Below, piece by piece: positions 51,698-61,820 of a stretch of 64,000 nucleotides of DNA. Positions within the stretch are counted from its first letter, which is position 1, and every line of letters starts with the position of its first letter. The position numbers were made by a program, and so were the translations under genes. This stretch comes from Anaerolineae bacterium (GTDB lineage: Bacteria; Chloroflexota; Anaerolineae; B4-G1; SLSP01): the NCBI GenBank assembly GCA_026991395.1, contig JALXBP010000057.1, forward strand, positions 733 to 64,732, written 5' to 3'. The notes below the pieces were generated by a model. The model worked only from the letters and a program-made list of their open reading frames with translations, was not told the origin of the DNA and searched no databases.

Positions 51698-53707
51698 ATG
51701 GGCAAGAAGCAGGCCAAGACAGGTGTCGATCTCATCGTCAGTGCTGACTTCGTTCTCACGATGGATGAGCAGTTCTCGCTCTACACGCCGGGCGCGGTCG
51801 CCGTCCGCGGCGATACGATCGTCGCCGTGGGCGACAAGGAGGCGATCACCGCGGCATACGAGGCCGGAGAGATGGTGGACGCAGGGAATGCCGTTTTGAT
51901 GCCCGGCCTCGTCAACGTGCACGGCCATGCGCCGATGACGCTCTTGCGCGGCCTGGCCGACGACCTCCGCCTCGATGTCTGGTTGATGGGCTACATCATG
52001 CCCGTGGAGCGCCACTTCGTAACGCCGCACTTCAGTTGGCTGGGCACCCAGCTTGCGGCGGCGGAGATGATCCGCTCCGGCACGACCACCTTCATGGATA
52101 TGTACTACTTCGAGGAAGCCGTGGCCGATTCCGCCGCGCAGGCCGGGCTGCGGGCCGTCTGTGCGCAGACGATCCTCAAATTCCCCGCACCCGATGCGAT
52201 GAGCTACGAGGAGGAACTGAGCCGCGCCCGCGATTTCGTCGTCCACTGGAAGGGCCATCCGCTCATCGTGCCCGGCGTCGCGCCGCACGCGCCCTACACG
52301 GTAACCGAAGACCTCCTCGCAGGCGCGCTGGCCATCGCCCAGGAGTACGACGTGCCGCTCCACATCCACTTAGCCGAGACCGCCTTCGAGGTGGAGGGCC
52401 ATCGCAAGCAGTACGGCGTCCGTCCCGTCGCCTGGCTGGAGGCGCTGGGTCTCTTCGAGGCCAAGGTTACGGCGGCGCACTGCGTCCACCTCAACGAGGA
52501 GGAGATCGCCATCCTCAAGGCCCACAACGTCGGCGTGGCGCACAATCCCAGCAGCAACCTCAAGCTGGCCAGCGGGATCGCCCCCATTGCGCAGATGCTG
52601 GCGATGGGCGTCAACGTCGGCGTGGGGACGGACGGCCCGGCGAGCAACAACGACCTCGATATGATCGAGGAGATGCGGCTGGCAAGCCTCCTCGCCAAGC
52701 AGCAGGCCAACGACCCGACCGCGCTCCCCGCCCGCCAGACCCTGGCGATGGCGACGATCCTCGGTGCCCGCGCGATGCACATCGAGCACCTCGTCGGTTC
52801 GCTGGAGCCGGGCAAGCGGGCCGATATGATCACCATCGAGATGGGGGACGTGCGCCATCAGCCCTACTTCCGCCGCGACCGCGAGAGCATCTACTCGCGC
52901 ATCGTCTACGCCTCCCACGCTTCCGACGTGCGCGACGTGATGGTCAACGGGCGCTGGCTGATGCGCGACCGCAAGCTCCTCACGCTGGAACTGGAGCCGC
53001 TCCTGGCCGAGGTCGGCGAACTGGCCCAGGCCGTGGATACCTTCCTCATCCACCGCGAGGGGAGCGTGCTGAGCAAGCTCCTGGCCATCGGCAACGTGGC
53101 GCAGGAGCAGACCTTCGAGGTGCAGGTGAAGGCCGCGGTGGACGATCTGGCGGCGGTCGAGGCGCGTATGCTGGCCGACGAGGCGATCACCGTTACGCGC
53201 AACTCGATGCGCCCGCAGTTCGACACCTACTTCCTCTTCGACGACGAGGAGGGGAGCATCCTCCGCCACCGCGAGGACGAGGTGCACGATCTGGAAAGCG
53301 GCGAGCTGATCACCGTCATCTACCGCCTGACGCTGACGACGGCGAAGAAGGAGCGGGAGTACGAGAACTCCATCCTCCTCTCGCGCTCGCGCTTCGACGC
53401 CCCCGCCGACCGCAGCCTGCGCTTCTACCGCGAGTACTTCCGTCCCAAGCGGATCATCGAGGTGCAGAAGGAGCGCCGCCGCTACCACATCCGCTTCGGC
53501 GGCACCGATTTCGCCGTCAACTTCGACCGCATCACCAAGCCGCCGCTGGGCAGCTTCGTCGAAATCAAGAGCCGCACCTGGTCGCGGCAGGATGCGGAAC
53601 GCAAGGCCGCGCTGATCGGCGAGCTGATCGAACGGCTGGGGCTGGACAAGAGCCGCATCATCAAGGAAGAGTATGTCCAACTGGCGCAGGAGGCGGCGGA
53701 GGCGTGA
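51698..53707 (+). CDS. Fusion protein: MtaD-like amidohydrolase (5'-methylthioadenosine/S-adenosylhomocysteine deaminase family) + C-terminal CYTH domain
   Basis: N-terminal ~430 aa: LMPGLVNVHGHAPMTLLRGLADD (HxH) and MtaD-wide similarity. C-terminal ~240 aa: ExExK-like TFEVQVKA, YHIRFGGTDFAVNFDRITKPPLGSFVEIKS resembling CyaB/CYTH motifs. AAGGAG RBS. Confidence 0.75.
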   Translation: MGKKQAKTGVDLIVSADFVLTMDEQFSLYTPGAVAVRGDTIVAVGDKEAITAAYEAGEMVDAGNAVLMPGLVNVHGHAPMTLLRGLADDLRLDVWLMGYIMPVERHFVTPHFSWLGTQLAAAEMIRSGTTTFMDMYYFEEAVADSAAQAGLRAVCAQTILKFPAPDAMSYEEELSRARDFVVHWKGHPLIVPGVAPHAPYTVTEDLLAGALAIAQEYDVPLHIHLAETAFEVEGHRKQYGVRPVAWLEALGLFEAKVTAAHCVHLNEEEIAILKAHNVGVAHNPSSNLKLASGIAPIAQMLAMGVNVGVGTDGPASNNDLDMIEEMRLASLLAKQQANDPTALPARQTLAMATILGARAMHIEHLVGSLEPGKRADMITIEMGDVRHQPYFRRDRESIYSRIVYASHASDVRDVMVNGRWLMRDRKLLTLELEPLLAEVGELAQAVDTFLIHREGSVLSKLLAIGNVAQEQTFEVQVKAAVDDLAAVEARMLADEAITVTRNSMRPQFDTYFLFDDEEGSILRHREDEVHDLESGELITVIYRLTLTTAKKEREYENSILLSRSRFDAPADRSLRFYREYFRPKRIIEVQKERRRYHIRFGGTDFAVNFDRITKPPLGSFVEIKSRTWSRQDAERKAALIGELIERLGLDKSRIIKEEYVQLAQEAAEA

Positions 53708-53709
53708 GT

Positions 53710-54705
53710 ATGCGCTACATCGACAATCCCAACACCGATCCGGCGCTCAATATGGCGCTGGAGGAGTACCTGATGACCGCGCCGAAGTTCGCGGCGATGG
53801 AGGAGCCGCTGGTGATGCTCTACTTCAGCGCTCCCTCCGTGCTCGTCGGGCGGCATCAGAATACCTTCGAGGAGGTCGATCTCGACTACGCGGAGGCGCA
53901 CAAGCTGCCGGTCGTGCGGCGGCGCAGCGGGGGCGGGGCCATCTACGAGGATTTGGGAACGCTCATCTTCGCCTTCATCACCCCCTACCGGCGCGACAAC
54001 GTGCGCAACTTCCGCCGTTTCACCGCGCCCGTCGTCGCCACCCTGCAGGCGCTGGGGCTGCCTGCCGAACTGAGCGGGCGCAACGACATCCTCATCGACG
54101 GGCGCAAGGTCTCCGGCTCGGCGCAGTACACCGACGGCAAGCGGATGGTTACGCACGGGACGCTCCTCTTCGACACCGACCTGGAGGCGCTCACGCAGGC
54201 GCTGCGCGTCAAGACGGACAAGATCGCCTCCAAGGGACTGAAGTCCATCCGCAGCCGCGTAACCAACATCCGCGAGCATCTGCCGCGCGACATGTCGGTG
54301 TCGGAGTTCCGCCAGGCCCTGCTGCGCGGCCTCTTCCCCGACGACCCCCTCCCCGAGCTGACGCTGACAGCAGAGGATTGGGCCGGGGCCGAGGCGATCG
54401 CCGCGCGTCGTTACCGGCAGTGGTCGTGGAACTTTGGCCATTCGCCCAAGTTCAACGTGCAGTTGCGCGAGCGGCTGCCGCTGGGCGAGATCGACGTGCG
54501 CCTGGAGGTGCGCAAGGGCCTCATCACCGAGGCGAAGATCTACGGCGACTTCTTCGGCGAGCGCGAGATTGCTGAACTGGAAACCTTGCTGCGGGGGCGG
54601 CGCTACCGTCGCAGCGATTTGGCCGCCGCGCTGGAGGGGGTCGATCTGACGGCCTACTTCGGCGACATCACCGTGGAACGGTTTCTCGACCTGCTCGTTC
54701 CCTGA
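53710..54705 (+). CDS. lplA: Lipoate--protein ligase A
   Basis: YIDNPNTDPALNMALEEYL...VLVGRHQNTFEEVD...RRSGGGAIYEDLG LplA motifs. Start 3 nt after the upstream stop. Confidence 0.88.
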   Translation: MRYIDNPNTDPALNMALEEYLMTAPKFAAMEEPLVMLYFSAPSVLVGRHQNTFEEVDLDYAEAHKLPVVRRRSGGGAIYEDLGTLIFAFITPYRRDNVRNFRRFTAPVVATLQALGLPAELSGRNDILIDGRKVSGSAQYTDGKRMVTHGTLLFDTDLEALTQALRVKTDKIASKGLKSIRSRVTNIREHLPRDMSVSEFRQALLRGLFPDDPLPELTLTAEDWAGAEAIAARRYRQWSWNFGHSPKFNVQLRERLPLGEIDVRLEVRKGLITEAKIYGDFFGEREIAELETLLRGRRYRRSDLAAALEGVDLTAYFGDITVERFLDLLVP

Positions 54706-54757
54706 GCGGTCTCTGGCCTTCCGTGAAGTGTCCAATTTCACTCAAGGAGGTTCTCGT

Positions 54758-55669
54758 ATGAAGAAACGGCTGTTGCTCACCGTGGCGATGCTCTTCATCG
54801 CCGCCCTGATCCTCTCCGCCTGCGGGCCGAAAGAAGCGGCCCTCGGCAGCGAGGAGAATCCCATCGTCTGGTCGTTCGTCCCCTCCGGCGAAATGGAGCG
54901 CGTCTCCGCCGGTGCCCAGCACGTCGCCGACCTGCTCCACGAGGAGACGGGGCTGTATTTCCGCACCAACGTGGCGACGGAGTACGCCGGGGTCATCGAG
55001 GCGATGTGCAGCGATCCGCCGGAAGCGCATATGGGCTCGCTGGCGACCTTCGCCTACGTCCTCGCCGCCGACCGCGGCTGTGCCGAAGCGGCGCTCGTCT
55101 CCGTGCGCTACGGCAGCCCCACCTACAACGGCCAGATCATCGTCCGCGCCGACAGCGGCATCCAGAGCGTGGCCGACCTGAAGGGCAAGACCTTCTGCCG
55201 CCCCGATCCCCTTTCCACCAGCGGCTGGATCATCCCGATGCTCACGATGCGGGCCGCCGGAATCGACCCGGAGACCGACCTCGCCCAGATCGTCGATGCC
55301 GGAAGCCATGACGCCGTCGTCGCCGCCGTCTACAACGGCGACTGCGACGCGGGCGCGACCTACGTGGACGCCCGTTCGCGCATCGAGGAAGACCATCCCG
55401 ACGTGATGGATGTGGTGGTCCCCATCGAGATCACCCCGCCCATCCCCAACGACGGCGTCCAGTTCGTCCCCTCGATGCCGCAGGACCTGCGCGACAAGAT
55501 CGTCCAGGGGCTCCTCGCCATCGCCCAGACGGAGGAGGGCCAGGCGGCGTTGAAGGAAGCCTACCAGTGGAACGGCCTGGAGGTACACGACGACTCCTTC
55601 TACGATCCCTTCCGCCAGGTGCTCCAGGCTTCCGGACTGGACATCGAATCGCTGATGCAGGACAAGTAA
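54758..55669 (+). CDS. phnD: Phosphonate/phosphite ABC transporter substrate-binding lipoprotein (PhnD family)
   Basis: Lipobox LSAC. PhnD/SsuA-like fold (SFVPSGE..., TSGWIIP, DAVVAAVYNGDCDAG). AAGGAGG RBS. Confidence 0.75.
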   Translation: MKKRLLLTVAMLFIAALILSACGPKEAALGSEENPIVWSFVPSGEMERVSAGAQHVADLLHEETGLYFRTNVATEYAGVIEAMCSDPPEAHMGSLATFAYVLAADRGCAEAALVSVRYGSPTYNGQIIVRADSGIQSVADLKGKTFCRPDPLSTSGWIIPMLTMRAAGIDPETDLAQIVDAGSHDAVVAAVYNGDCDAGATYVDARSRIEEDHPDVMDVVVPIEITPPIPNDGVQFVPSMPQDLRDKIVQGLLAIAQTEEGQAALKEAYQWNGLEVHDDSFYDPFRQVLQASGLDIESLMQDK

Positions 55670-55685
55670 ACCGAACGGGGGAAGC

Positions 55686-56486
55686 ATGCTCGAAGTCAGG
55701 CACTTGACGAAGATCTACGACGACGGAACGGTCGCCTTGCGCGATGTGAGCTTCACGGTGGAGGAAGGCGCTTTCCTCGTCATCATCGGCTTGAGCGGTT
55801 CGGGCAAATCGACGCTCTTGCGCTGCATCAACCGGCTGATCGAACCCACGGAAGGCCAGATCATCTGGGATGGTGTCGATATCACCGCCGCCGATGCACG
55901 AGAGTTGCGGCAGATTCGCCGCCGCATCGGGATGATCTTCCAGCACTTCAACCTCGTGCGCCGCTCCACCGTCCTGACCAACGTCCTCGCCGGACGGCTG
56001 GGCTACGTCAACCCGTGGATGAGCCTGCTGCATCGCTTCCCCCGTCGGGATCATCAGATGGCGCTCCAGGCGCTGGAGCGGATGGGCATCCTCGACCAGG
56101 CGCACAAGCGTGCCGACGAACTGAGCGGCGGCCAGCAGCAGCGCGTCGGCATCGCCCGCGCGCTCGTGCAGGAGCCGCAGCTCATCCTCGCCGATGAGCC
56201 TGTCGCCAGCCTCGACCCGGTCCTCGCCCACTCCATCCTCGGAGACCTGGAGCGCCTCAATCGGGAGGAGGGCATCACCGTGCTCTGCAGCCTCCACTAC
56301 CTCGACCTGGTACAGCGCTATGCGACGCAGGTCATCGGGCTGCGGCAGGGCCGCATCGTTTACGAGGGAACGGCGGAGGACATCCGCCGTATCACCGATG
56401 CGGAGTTCAGGGAGATCTACGGCGAAGAGGCCCAGCGTATCGGCGGGAGCATCGCCGGTTCGCTGCACGAGGAGGAGAAAGCATGA
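55686..56486 (+). CDS. phnC: Phosphonate ABC transporter ATP-binding protein
   Basis: LEVRHLTKIYDDGTVAL...GLSGSGKSTLLRCINRL, LSGGQQQRVGIARAL, ILADEP match the PhnC family closely. Confidence 0.85.
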   Translation: MLEVRHLTKIYDDGTVALRDVSFTVEEGAFLVIIGLSGSGKSTLLRCINRLIEPTEGQIIWDGVDITAADARELRQIRRRIGMIFQHFNLVRRSTVLTNVLAGRLGYVNPWMSLLHRFPRRDHQMALQALERMGILDQAHKRADELSGGQQQRVGIARALVQEPQLILADEPVASLDPVLAHSILGDLERLNREEGITVLCSLHYLDLVQRYATQVIGLRQGRIVYEGTAEDIRRITDAEFREIYGEEAQRIGGSIAGSLHEEEKA

Positions 56487-56917
56487 CCTTGGAGGAAAAG
56501 AAGCTCCCGCAGGGGGTCGAGGTGGACGAGGCACTGCGCAAGGCCATCGAATCGCACCTGGATGCACGGGGCAAGCTCGCCTGTGCCCAGGCTTTCCGCA
56601 TCGCCGAGGCGCTCGACCTGCCGCCGCTCACCGTCGGCCAGGCGGCGGACGTGCTGCAGATTCACCTCACGCGCTGCCAGATCGGCCTCTTCGGCTATCC
56701 GCAGGGCAAGGGGTGGAAGGGCACCGCCATCCCCGAACGGCCCATCCCCGAAGGGCTGGAGGCGGCTATCCGCGCCGAACTGGATGAGCAGGGGCACATC
56801 GGCTGCGCCCAAATCTGGGCCATCGCCGCGCGGATGCACCTGCCGAAGATGGTCGTCGGCTACTGGGTGGACAGGCTGGGCTACAAGATCACGCCCTGTC
56901 AGTTGGGCGCTTTCTGA
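56483..56917 (+). CDS. Small cytoplasmic protein (144 aa) with internal tandem duplication and four conserved Cys
   Basis: Two ~45-aa repeats LD.(R/Q)G.(L/I).CAQ...IA..L.LP...VG...D.L......(T/P)CQ(I/L)G.F. ATGA-coupled to the phnC stop. No TM segments. Confidence 0.6.
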   Translation: MTLEEKKLPQGVEVDEALRKAIESHLDARGKLACAQAFRIAEALDLPPLTVGQAADVLQIHLTRCQIGLFGYPQGKGWKGTAIPERPIPEGLEAAIRAELDEQGHIGCAQIWAIAARMHLPKMVVGYWVDRLGYKITPCQLGAF

Positions 56918-57008
56918 GCGGGCGGGGCTTTCCTCCAACCGTCGCCGCCCTTTCTGTCCCCCGTCCGGGTGAGAAACGGTTCTTCTGTTCTGTCACGAGG
57001 AGGTCGGG

Positions 57009-60000
57009 ATGAAGATCGCACGCGGGTGGATGCTTTCGTTGCTTGGTGCTCTGCTCTTCGCCGTGCTCTGGGGGCTGGGGGCGAAGGGGCCGCTCACCGC
57101 CGCTCCGCACGCCACCATCATCGTCGATGGGCAGATCGATGCGGCCTACGGCGATCCGCTGGCGGTGGATGCGACCGGAGACGGCAACGGCAACGCGGTG
57201 ATGGACTTGGGCAGCCTCTACGTGGCCTCGGATGCCGACTATCTCTACGTCGCCTTCACCGTCAACGCCGACATCGCCGCGACGGACTGGGGCAAGTACG
57301 TCATCTACATCGACACGACGGGCGACGCGCAGGGAGCTACCTCCGATGCCTGGACGCGCAACGTCGTCGCCGACGATCCGCACAAGCCGGAGTACGGCCT
57401 CTACTCCTGGGTCGATTGCGCGACCTACGATGCCTCCTGCACGCAGTTCTGGCGCTGGGACGGCGGCGGCTGGACGCAGGACGGCACGCTCGATGCGGCG
57501 GCACGTGGCAGCGGCTCTACCTCCGTTCTGGAGTGGAAGATCGCCCGCAGCCGCCTGGGCAATCCCGACGCGCTCTGGCTGGAGGTCTGGTGTACCGGCG
57601 GCGGCAGTTCCGACAACGCCCAGGATACGATCAACGACCCGGCGGAGGACTGGAACGCCACCGACTGGAGTTCCACCGCGCATCTGGCCGTCTCCACCGA
57701 CTACGCCTTCGCGCCCTTCGCGCTCCATCTCTTCACGCCTGCCGACGGGGCCTTCTTCCCTGCGCCCGGCATTACCCTGACGGGGCAGGTAACCCCGGCG
57801 ACCGGTGCCGTCGTCACCGTCTCGCTCGACGGGCGGGCGCTCTTCACCCCCACGGTGGACGGGACGGGGCGCTTTACCCAGCCGCTGACGCTGGCGCGGG
57901 GCGGGAACACGATCACCACCACCGCCCGCCGTGGCGATGCGCAGTTGATGGACGTGCGACGGGTCTATTTCGGCGCGGAGCACGACGACAACGTGATGTG
58001 GTACGGTCTCCTCCACAACACGCGCAATCCCGACTACCGCTCGCCGGGCGGGGCCGTCCCCGCCGGAACGCCGGTTACGCTCCGTCTGCGCACCTACAGC
58101 GGCGATGTAACCGACGTCAGCCTGCGGCTCTACGACGACCGCCGCGATACGGCGCGGATTGTGCCGATGACGCTGGAGCGCTCGGCGGACGGCTACGATT
58201 TCTGGAGCCTGACGGTAACGCCCACCGAGCCGACCGTCCTCTGGTATCGCTTCATCGTCCGCGACGGCAGCGATACCGACTTCTACGAGGACGACTTCCT
58301 CGATCCCGACGGAACCTATCGCGGCTATCGCGAGGGCGGCGCGGGCATCGCCTACGAGGCAAGCCCCGACCTCTCCTTCCAGCTTACCGTCTACGACCCC
58401 GCCTTCCGGACGCCCGATTGGCTGAAGGAGGCGACGCTCTACCAGATTTTCCCCGACCGCTTCCGCAACGGCGATCCGGGCAACGATGTCATCAGCGGGA
58501 CGCATCCCTTCTACGACAATCCCCACGGCGGCATCACCTACACCACCTGGAACAGCCGCGTCATCGACCCGCGCGACCCGGCCTCGCCCTACGCCGACCG
58601 CTGGTGCGAAGATTTCTACGGCGGCGACCTGGAGGGGATTACCGAGAAGCTCGACGAACTCCGCGCGATGGGGATCACGGCGCTCTACCTCAACCCCGTC
58701 TTCCTCTCGCCCTCCAATCACAAGTACGACACCGCCGACTACGAGCAGGTCGATCCGCACCTCGGCGGCGACGCGGCGCTGCGGGCGCTGCTCACGGCGG
58801 CGCAGGCGCGGGGGATGCACGTCATCCTCGACGGCGTCTTCAACCACACCGCCTCCGACAGTCGCTACTTCGACAAGTATAGCCGCTATGATGACGTGGG
58901 CGCTTACGAATCGCAGGCCAGCCCCTACTTCGACTGGTACACCTTCGACGAGTGGCCCGACGACTACCGCGCCTGGTGGGGCTACGATACGCTCCCCATC
59001 CTCCGCTCGGCCAATCCCGCCGTGCGCACCTACATCTACAGCGGGACGGGGGCCATCGCCACGCGGTGGGTGCTCAGCGGCACGGCGGGCTGGCGGCTCG
59101 ACGTGGGCGGCGACATCGACCCCGGCCTGACGCGCGACCCGGCCAACGACTACTGGGAGGGCTTCCGCGCGGCGGTGAAGGCTGCCGACCCCGAGGCCGT
59201 CATCATCGGCGAGGAGTGGGGCGACGCCACGCCCTGGCTGCTGGGGCAGGAGTGGGACGCGGTGATGAACTACCGCTTCCGCAGCGCCCTCCTCTCCTTC
59301 CTCCGCGAGCGCCGCTACGAGGACAACGACAACAACACCGCCTCCTACGGCGGCGTCCTCGACCCCATCACGCCCTCCGAGTTGAATGCCTGGCTCCACA
59401 GTCTGGAGGAGGACTATCCCCCCGAAGCCTGGGCGGCGATGCTGAACCTGCTCGACAGCCACGACACCAACCGCCTGCGCTTCGTGCTCGCCAAGGGACA
59501 GCGCGGCGAGGATACGGCGCACCTGCCCTACAATCCGGCGACCGACCTCAGCCCTGCCGAGGTGGACGCCTACCAGCGGCTCATCGCGCTGCTGCAGTTC
59601 ACCCTCCCCGGTGCGCCGATGGTCTACTACGGCGATGAGGTAGGCGTGGATGCGCCGGGGGCCTGGTACAACGGAAAGTGGGAGGATGATCCCTACAACC
59701 GTGTCCCCTTCCCCTGGGAGGACGAGCCGGGCTACTACACGCAGCGCCCGACGATCACGCAGACCTACCACCTGCTGGGCGAGGTGCGGCAGGCCATCCC
59801 CGCGCTGCGTCTCGGCGACTTCCGCACCCTCCTCGTGGATGACGAGGCAAAGCTCTACGCCTACGCCCGTCGCGCGGACGATGAGGTGGCGCTCGTGCTC
59901 GTCAACCGCAGCGATGCTTCCCAGACGGCGACGTTGAACCTGCGGGGCTATCTGGGCTACGGCGTCGTCCTCTCCGATGCGCTCGCCGCCGTGCCGACGA

Positions 60001-61757
60001 CCTTCACCGTGGGGACGGACGGGCGGCTCGTCCTGGCGGTGCCGCCGATGTGGGGGCGGGTGCTCGTCCCCGTGGCCGGGGACTGGACGCCGCCCGCCGC
60101 GCCGACCGACCTGACGGCGGAGGAGGGCAGCGGCGAGGTGCGCCTGAGCTGGTCGGCGGTGAGTGGCGCGACGGCCTACCAGCTCTACCGCGCCCCTTTC
60201 AGCGGCGGGGACTACCGCCTGGTGACGACCACCACGGCGACGGCCTTCACCGATACGGAGGTGGTCAACGGCCTGTGGTACTACTACGTGGTTACCGCGC
60301 TCGATGCGGCGGGCAACGAAAGCGCCCGCTCTAACGAGGCGGCGGCGATGCCGCACCTCACCATCGGGGCCGCCTCGCTCTACGCCCCCGCCGAATTGAC
60401 GAAGACGCTGGCGATCACCCCCTCGGCCTGGATTTACGGGCGGCTCTTCATCAGCGGGACGACGGCGCTCAGCGGGACGACGGAGGGCGTGCTGGCGGAG
60501 GTGGGCTACGGCCCGCTCAGTACGCAGCCGCTCACCTGGACGCACTGGGTCGCCGCCTCCTTCGATGCCGACGTGGGGGATGAGGATCAGTTCCGGGCGC
60601 GGGTCGCGCCGGAGAGGGCGGGCGACTATCACCTCGTCTATCGCTACTCGACGACGGGCGGTCGGGAGTGGACTTACGCCGACCTGAGCGGCATCATCTC
60701 GCCGACCGCGCCCGTCTCGCCCGCGCTGCTCCACGTCGTTGCGGGGGCGGACATCACCCCGCCCGCCGTGCCGCTCGATCTCCACCTGCTGGGGCAGGGC
60801 TACGACCACATCGCGCTGGCCTGGTCGCCGGTCGGCGATGCCGATCTCTACGCCTACGATCTCTACCGCGCCGATGCGTCGCACCCGGAGGCGGTCATCG
60901 CCCGCATCCTCTCGGGGACGACGGCCTACACCGATACGGGCGTCACGGCGGGGACGACCTATACCTACACCGTCCGCGCCGCGGATGTCCACTTCAACCG
61001 CTCCGCGCCCTCCAACGCCGTCAGCGCGACGGCGGAGCCGAAGCTGGTCGAGGTGCGCTTCCGCCTCACCGTGCCCGACTTCACGCCGGAAGGGGCGACG
61101 ATCTACGTGGCGGGCGACCAGGCGGCGCTCTTCGGCGCGGCCTGGGACCCGCACGCCGCGCCGATGACGCCGCTCGGCGGGGGGCGCTGGGCCTACACCG
61201 TCACGGTAGAGGACGGGACGGCCTTCCAGTACAAGTACACGCGCGGCTCGTGGGAGCGGGTGGAGCAGTGGGGGCCGATCAGCGGCTTCGAGAACCGGCA
61301 GGCGCAAGCGCGCTACGGCACGACGGGGGTGATGACGCTGACCGATGTCGTCCACAACTGGCGCGATCCGCTGGTGATGGCCCACGAACCGGCGTCAGGG
61401 GCGATCGTCGGGCGAGGGGGCGCGATCAGCGTCGCCTTCAGCACCGAGATTCAGCCCGCACTGGTGAGCACGGCCACCTTCCGCCTGCTGCGCGAGGGGG
61501 CGATCACGCCCTCGGCGGGGAGCTTCGCCTTCCTCCCGATCACCTGGCAGGAGGCGGACGCCGACTACGGCCTGCAGTCGCTCACGGGGACGATCGTCCT
61601 CTTCACCCCGACGGTGGCGCTGGAGCCTTCCGTCCGCTACACCGTGACCCTGGTGGGCGAGGGCTTCGTCTCCGACGTGCCGATGCAGGAGGATGTGCGC
61701 TGGAGCTTCGGGCCGAATGCGCGGCTCTTCCTGCCGGTCGTGCTGCGCGGCTCGTGA
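57009..61757 (+). CDS. Giant secreted multidomain GH13 alpha-amylase/neopullulanase-like enzyme (1582 aa) with FN3, starch-binding (CBM20-like) and Ig-like domains
   Basis: Signal peptide MKIARGWMLSLLGALLFAVLWG. GH13 catalytic regions DGVFNHT, GWRLDVGGDID, IIGEEWGD, LLDSHDTNR. Two FN3-like modules (TAPAAPTDLTAEEG...YQLYRA; TPPAVPLDLHLLGQ...YDLYRA). CBM20-like VEVRFRLTVPDFTPEGATIYVAGDQAALFGAAWD...YKYTRGSWERVE. Ends ...LFLPVVLRGS. Confidence 0.88.
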   Translation: MKIARGWMLSLLGALLFAVLWGLGAKGPLTAAPHATIIVDGQIDAAYGDPLAVDATGDGNGNAVMDLGSLYVASDADYLYVAFTVNADIAATDWGKYVIYIDTTGDAQGATSDAWTRNVVADDPHKPEYGLYSWVDCATYDASCTQFWRWDGGGWTQDGTLDAAARGSGSTSVLEWKIARSRLGNPDALWLEVWCTGGGSSDNAQDTINDPAEDWNATDWSSTAHLAVSTDYAFAPFALHLFTPADGAFFPAPGITLTGQVTPATGAVVTVSLDGRALFTPTVDGTGRFTQPLTLARGGNTITTTARRGDAQLMDVRRVYFGAEHDDNVMWYGLLHNTRNPDYRSPGGAVPAGTPVTLRLRTYSGDVTDVSLRLYDDRRDTARIVPMTLERSADGYDFWSLTVTPTEPTVLWYRFIVRDGSDTDFYEDDFLDPDGTYRGYREGGAGIAYEASPDLSFQLTVYDPAFRTPDWLKEATLYQIFPDRFRNGDPGNDVISGTHPFYDNPHGGITYTTWNSRVIDPRDPASPYADRWCEDFYGGDLEGITEKLDELRAMGITALYLNPVFLSPSNHKYDTADYEQVDPHLGGDAALRALLTAAQARGMHVILDGVFNHTASDSRYFDKYSRYDDVGAYESQASPYFDWYTFDEWPDDYRAWWGYDTLPILRSANPAVRTYIYSGTGAIATRWVLSGTAGWRLDVGGDIDPGLTRDPANDYWEGFRAAVKAADPEAVIIGEEWGDATPWLLGQEWDAVMNYRFRSALLSFLRERRYEDNDNNTASYGGVLDPITPSELNAWLHSLEEDYPPEAWAAMLNLLDSHDTNRLRFVLAKGQRGEDTAHLPYNPATDLSPAEVDAYQRLIALLQFTLPGAPMVYYGDEVGVDAPGAWYNGKWEDDPYNRVPFPWEDEPGYYTQRPTITQTYHLLGEVRQAIPALRLGDFRTLLVDDEAKLYAYARRADDEVALVLVNRSDASQTATLNLRGYLGYGVVLSDALAAVPTTFTVGTDGRLVLAVPPMWGRVLVPVAGDWTPPAAPTDLTAEEGSGEVRLSWSAVSGATAYQLYRAPFSGGDYRLVTTTTATAFTDTEVVNGLWYYYVVTALDAAGNESARSNEAAAMPHLTIGAASLYAPAELTKTLAITPSAWIYGRLFISGTTALSGTTEGVLAEVGYGPLSTQPLTWTHWVAASFDADVGDEDQFRARVAPERAGDYHLVYRYSTTGGREWTYADLSGIISPTAPVSPALLHVVAGADITPPAVPLDLHLLGQGYDHIALAWSPVGDADLYAYDLYRADASHPEAVIARILSGTTAYTDTGVTAGTTYTYTVRAADVHFNRSAPSNAVSATAEPKLVEVRFRLTVPDFTPEGATIYVAGDQAALFGAAWDPHAAPMTPLGGGRWAYTVTVEDGTAFQYKYTRGSWERVEQWGPISGFENRQAQARYGTTGVMTLTDVVHNWRDPLVMAHEPASGAIVGRGGAISVAFSTEIQPALVSTATFRLLREGAITPSAGSFAFLPITWQEADADYGLQSLTGTIVLFTPTVALEPSVRYTVTLVGEGFVSDVPMQEDVRWSFGPNARLFLPVVLRGS

Positions 61758-61777
61758 GGCGCAGGGGAACGAACGAA

Positions 61778-61803
61778 GAGGGCGCGGGATCATCCGCGCC
61801 CTC
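61778..61803. terminator. Bidirectional hairpin between the convergent GH13 gene and psuG
   Basis: gagggcgcgg-gatcat-ccgcgccctc forms a perfect 10-bp stem. Confidence 0.55.
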
Positions 61804-61820
61804 CCGGTTTGTGAGGCGGC

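Noticed and set aside
52036-54705. 889-aa ORF
   Set aside because: Only the last 331 codons (from ATG 53710) encode LplA. The upstream part is an alternate frame of the mtaD-CYTH gene.
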